42,103 nt of DNA from Octopus bimaculoides (lineage: Eukaryota): NCBI RefSeq assembly GCF_001194135.2, contig NC_068986.1:68264417-68306519 (forward strand), in the 5' to 3' direction. Made by a program: the position numbers and the translations under genes. Shown here in pieces: positions 38,249 through 42,103 of this stretch. Position 1 is the stretch's first letter. Every line of letters begins with the position of its first letter. Under the pieces are notes generated by a model. That model did not search any database, was not told where the DNA came from, and saw only the letters and a list, made by a program, of their open reading frames with translations.

Positions 38249-38456
38249 CATATCTATCTATCTATATATATATATATGCAAGCAGCAGAAGAGTAAAATT
38301 ATACAAGAATTTCTAAAAGTTCAATGCGTAACAATCATTGTTGTCGTTATTCAAATTCCTATGATGATGTTTCTGTTTCCCTGTTAGAAAAATACCATCC
38401 TTCTAAGAAGAATTTTTATAAACATTAAAGGCCAACGGCTCACGGCACACTCTCAC

Positions 38457-38501
<45 letters not shown>

Positions 38502-38512
38502 TATAATATAAA

Positions 38513-38838
38513 GGTGTGGCAGTGTGGTAAGAAGCTTGCTTCCCAACCACATGGTTCCCGGTTCAGTCCCACTACGTGGCACCTCGGGCAAGTGTCTTCT
38601 ACTATAGCATCGGGCCGACCAAAGTCTTGTGAGTGGATTCTGTAGCCGGAAACTGAAAGAAGCACGTCGTACATGTGTGTTTACGTCCCCGTAAATCTAG
38701 TGGTTCGGCAAAAGAGACCGATAGAATTAGTACCAGGCTTACAAAGAATAAGTCCTGGGCTCGAATTGCTCTACTAAAGGCAGTGCTCCAGCATGACCAC
38801 AGTCAAGTGACTGAAACAAGTAAAAGAATAAAAGAATA
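38513..38838 (+). mobile_element. tRNA-derived SINE family B (head, CORE-like motif, tail module)
   Basis: GGTGTGGCAGTGTGGTAAG A-box-like, GGTTCAGTCCC B-box-like, GGCACCTCGGGCAAGTGTCTT and tail GTGACTGAAACAAGTAAAAGAATAAAAGAATA, followed by (TATG)n. Confidence 0.9.
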
Positions 38839-38856
38839 TGTATGTATGTATGTATG

Positions 38857-39558
38857 TGTGTGTGCAGATTTGTATGTTTTGTTTATGCAAGTCTTCTCAT
38901 GCATACACTTGCATGTCTAGACATGCTCATACATATTTAAATTATAAACTTCTGGAAACTTTTACAGATTTTTACAGTTCTAGTGATGGATTAGATCTGT
39001 AGTCCTCGAATTAGCTTTCTCCTTTCTGGTTTGGAGAAGCCTAATTTCTCAAGATTGGTATCCCAGGGCCTCAATAATTACAGGTATAAATCTGAATTTG
39101 TAATCTGGATAGAGTAACTGCAGATTTCTCAATAATTCAGCGTAGATATTCTCTTTTTCACTGATCTTCAGCTTTATGTTAACATCTGCTGGACAGCTAA
39201 TTTTCACAACTATACACAATTTCTCTTTTCTATCCTAAATCATTATATCAGGTCTATTGTGCTTACATTTTATCGAGGTCTTCACTGGGAATTCCACCAG
39301 TACTCCTTTTTATTATGAGTGGCTATGGCTTCCACCATACTGTGGGTTCTTATTTCTTTGTCCTCGGGGATTATCTTTCTCACGGATTTCCTTATAGAGT
39401 GTCCTAGCTACAACATCGTGTCTCATTCCACCAGTACTGCTTTCTATTAACATATCCATGCATAGTCTTCTGCTTATATAGGCTCATCCTTTCATGTGAT
39501 GATACTTTGCAGTAGAGTCGCGCGACGTCTTTGGGCCAGTGTTCTAAGTTATCAGACA
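38857..39558 (-). mobile_element. Second R4-like copy, 5'-truncated, internally deleted and 3'-shortened
   Basis: The reverse complement aligns to about 31645-32620 of copy 1 (e.g. GACCTCGATAAAATGTAAGCACAATAGACCTGATATAATG). It is bounded by (TATG)n at about 38837-38856 and 39563-39588. Confidence 0.85.
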
Positions 39559-39586
39559 AGGAATGTATGTATGTATGTATGTATGT

Positions 39587-39921
39587 ATAAAAAGTTTAGA
39601 ATGGTACAACAATGCACTATAAAACAAAAAATGGACTATATACCTGTTGTAATTTGGTTATCTATATATTTCGGAATTATCTATTATATTTCTATATATT
39701 TCGGAATTACAATTACAATTCCTTCTTCAGATCTTCTTGGATTCCATCTAAGATCTGAAGAAGGTATTGTAATTCTGAAATATCATCGGACTATAGATAA
39801 CCAAATTACAACAGGTATATAGTCCATTTTTTGTTTTATAGTGCATTGTTGTACCATTCTAAACTTTTTATTCTTTACAAACAATACACAATGCTTCAAG
39901 CGAACTACAATACTCTCGTAC
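39587..39921. mobile_element. Palindromic element in (TATG)n, probable inverted Penelope-like pLTR remnant
   Basis: Perfect 80-bp inverted repeat (39587-39666 vs 39792-39871), a nested inner inverted repeat and a hammerhead-like motif at 39752-39787. (TATG)n flanks both sides. The family assignment is an inference. Confidence 0.55.
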
Positions 39922-39969
39922 TATGTATGTATGTATGTATGTATGTATGTATGTATGTATGTATGTATG
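39922..39969. repeat. (TATG)12 microsatellite
   Basis: Seen directly. Confidence 0.95.
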
Positions 39970-42032
39970 CATGTGTTGGAGATTGTGAATACCTCTGTAC
40001 ATTGTCGAAAATGCATAGCTGAGAGAACAAAACTCTATCTACCTATTCTGCTTTTATAGTAAAAAAATTTCTCATCCCCGCTATTAACAGCCCTTCTTTC
40101 AAACATCCATTCACAACTAGGTCCTTTCTTGACAACAACGAGCTAATCGGAGTGTTTTCGAAAACTCAGAGAAGCGGATAAAGCATGCCGTTTGTTCACT
40201 CATCCAACATTTCATCCTTTCATCTCGTTCCCGTTCTTTTCGGTTCTTTTAAATCAAAAACAAAAGGATTTATCTCCTTCTAGTTTCCCTTTCTACGTCA
40301 GTTTTTTGGGTTTTTTGTTCTGTGGGGTTTTTGTTTTTGTTTTTCTTTTTTTACACCCACCTCAACAACGACAACCACAAAACTCATTCGTATTTGAATT
40401 TCTGCACACCATTATATATTTGCATGACCAAAACATGAATGTTTCTATTTTTATCATCTTCGTGGGACTTTGGCTAAGTTCCCATCCTTTGCCCTCCATC
40501 TCTTAATTCATCATCAGATAACTGCCTATCCTGTCGAATAGCTAGCATGCGATACATTACTCAAGGGTCACATGCAGACCAGTACTCCCCTTCCCCATTG
40601 CTATAACAGCGAGGGGCGAGTAGCTTACCCATACTTCATCCTTAATTTGGATTAATGCGATTTCCCCACCCCACCACCACCACTACACACTTCTTTAAAG
40701 GATACCGACAGTCATGTTTAAACACCTATCTTTGTGACAGAATCTCTGTCCCCTCCTAAACCTGGGTTACAGAGTATGCCAGAAGACTGTCTTGAGTGGG
40801 GAGGTTTTTTCGTTCTCGGCTACAACCTCAATTATTCTATGGTGCGTTTTCACAATATCATTTCCAGTTCTGAAATAACCCTTCATATGCTACATGTCCA
40901 GTATTTCCTTCAACGCTTCCGATCTAAAGGCAGTTTCCAGCAACATTTCGTCTGTGTGAATTATTTTAGCTTGTGATAGATTGCAGAGATCGGATTTACA
41001 CCGTTATCGCTTCCATCGTCTTTTCTCCACAGAGCAAAAAGATATTGCGACATTGAGGGGTGCGTTCAGTGACAGTGGATTGCCAGTGGATTGCCAGGGT
41101 TTTCTCGACAGAGTGCCTGTACACAAAGGCTCTGAAGAGGCAGTACCCTTTCAGCAAGTGATGCGGAATAATTTACAAGGAAAATAGTTCCTTTCTAATC
41201 AATTGGTTTAACCAACTAGACAATAAATATAAAAACATAAATATAACGACTAATTCACCTTGTTTGAGACATTGGAATTATAACCTTCCCACGTTCTTAA
41301 TACCTCGAAATATGGAAAAATTCTATCCCCATTAGTGATTTTGAAATAAGTATTATGCACGCCTGGTAGTTTAAACTATTTTCTGGAGAGCTTTTGCATC
41401 AAACTAAATGGCGACGAACAATTTGACCTGGTTACGGGTTTGTACAATGAAGGTGTTCAGCTTGTTGGGATGGTTGGATTATAGATCTGAAAGCTCTCAC
41501 ACATTTTGGCTTTATACAAAGTACACCCCGTTAATTTCACACGATGTGAACGGTCATCTATTGGATAGTCTCAGAAAAGGCATTATTAAGGCATTGAAAG
41601 AGCTTAAAGAATTAAACAGCAATGCAGTTAATGTTTTTGTATCAATATTACGTTAGGCATATGCACATTTCGACATGTTTTTATAGGTAAATCAAAAAAT
41701 GTATTTTTGCTATGCTTGCCAAATAATTATTCATAATATTAATATAACATCCCGTTTTTGTAAGTTTATTTATATCTCAACACACACGCACGCACTCGCG
41801 CGTGTATGTGTGTGTGTGTGTGTATGTGTACATGTATGTATATCTACTGAATATGCATGTACATAATGCATACATTCATGCACACACAATTGCGATCTAC
41901 CGCAGAGCGAAATTCGAGTAAACTCCTACGCTATAAACACACATCTTTCCACTCTGCCCAAGCTATTGCGTTCTATCTCAAATTCTGTTTGCACTATATA
42001 TAACATTACAAAAGTGGTTTTAAAATTCTTAA

Positions 42033-42033
<1 letters not shown>

Positions 42034-42103
<70 letters not shown>
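42034..42103. repeat. (TG)n microsatellite
   Basis: Seen directly at the window end. Confidence 0.95.

Noticed and set aside
41408-41656. 82-aa ORF with an amphipathic-looking C-terminus
   Set aside because: No recognisable motif, and the length is within chance expectation.
1-42103. CRISPR array, rRNA or prokaryotic operon
   Set aside because: No regularly spaced repeat-spacer structure, no rRNA-like sequence and no gene-dense coding; the window is eukaryotic repeat-rich DNA.

Overview
AT-rich, microsatellite-dense eukaryotic draft-assembly DNA with seven N gaps. It is most likely an intergenic or intronic stretch of an octopod cephalopod genome (inferred from the SINE families and repeat landscape, not proven). 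No host gene can be confidently called, and most listed ORFs are artefacts of microsatellites or N runs. The recognisable content is almost entirely transposable elements. DNA transposons: a decayed Chapaev3-like element with TIRs and a 4-bp TSD (1539-3638), a full-length decayed mariner (36840-38119) and a Merlin-like foldback MITE with an 8-bp TSD (34056-34606). Retroelements: a 5'-truncated CR1-type LINE, two copies of an R4/Dong-like restriction-like-endonuclease LINE (28932-32725 and about 38857-39558), a Penelope-like palindromic remnant and at least four tRNA-derived SINE families. Most interesting observations: both R4-like copies sit in (CATA)n/(TATG)n tracts, tail-to-tail with SINEs, suggesting a tetranucleotide-microsatellite-targeting retrotransposon; there is a near-canonical minimal hammerhead ribozyme motif at 23933-23973; and a second hammerhead-like motif lies in an 80-bp perfect inverted repeat. 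Several unexplained short duplications and weak exon candidates are also listed.
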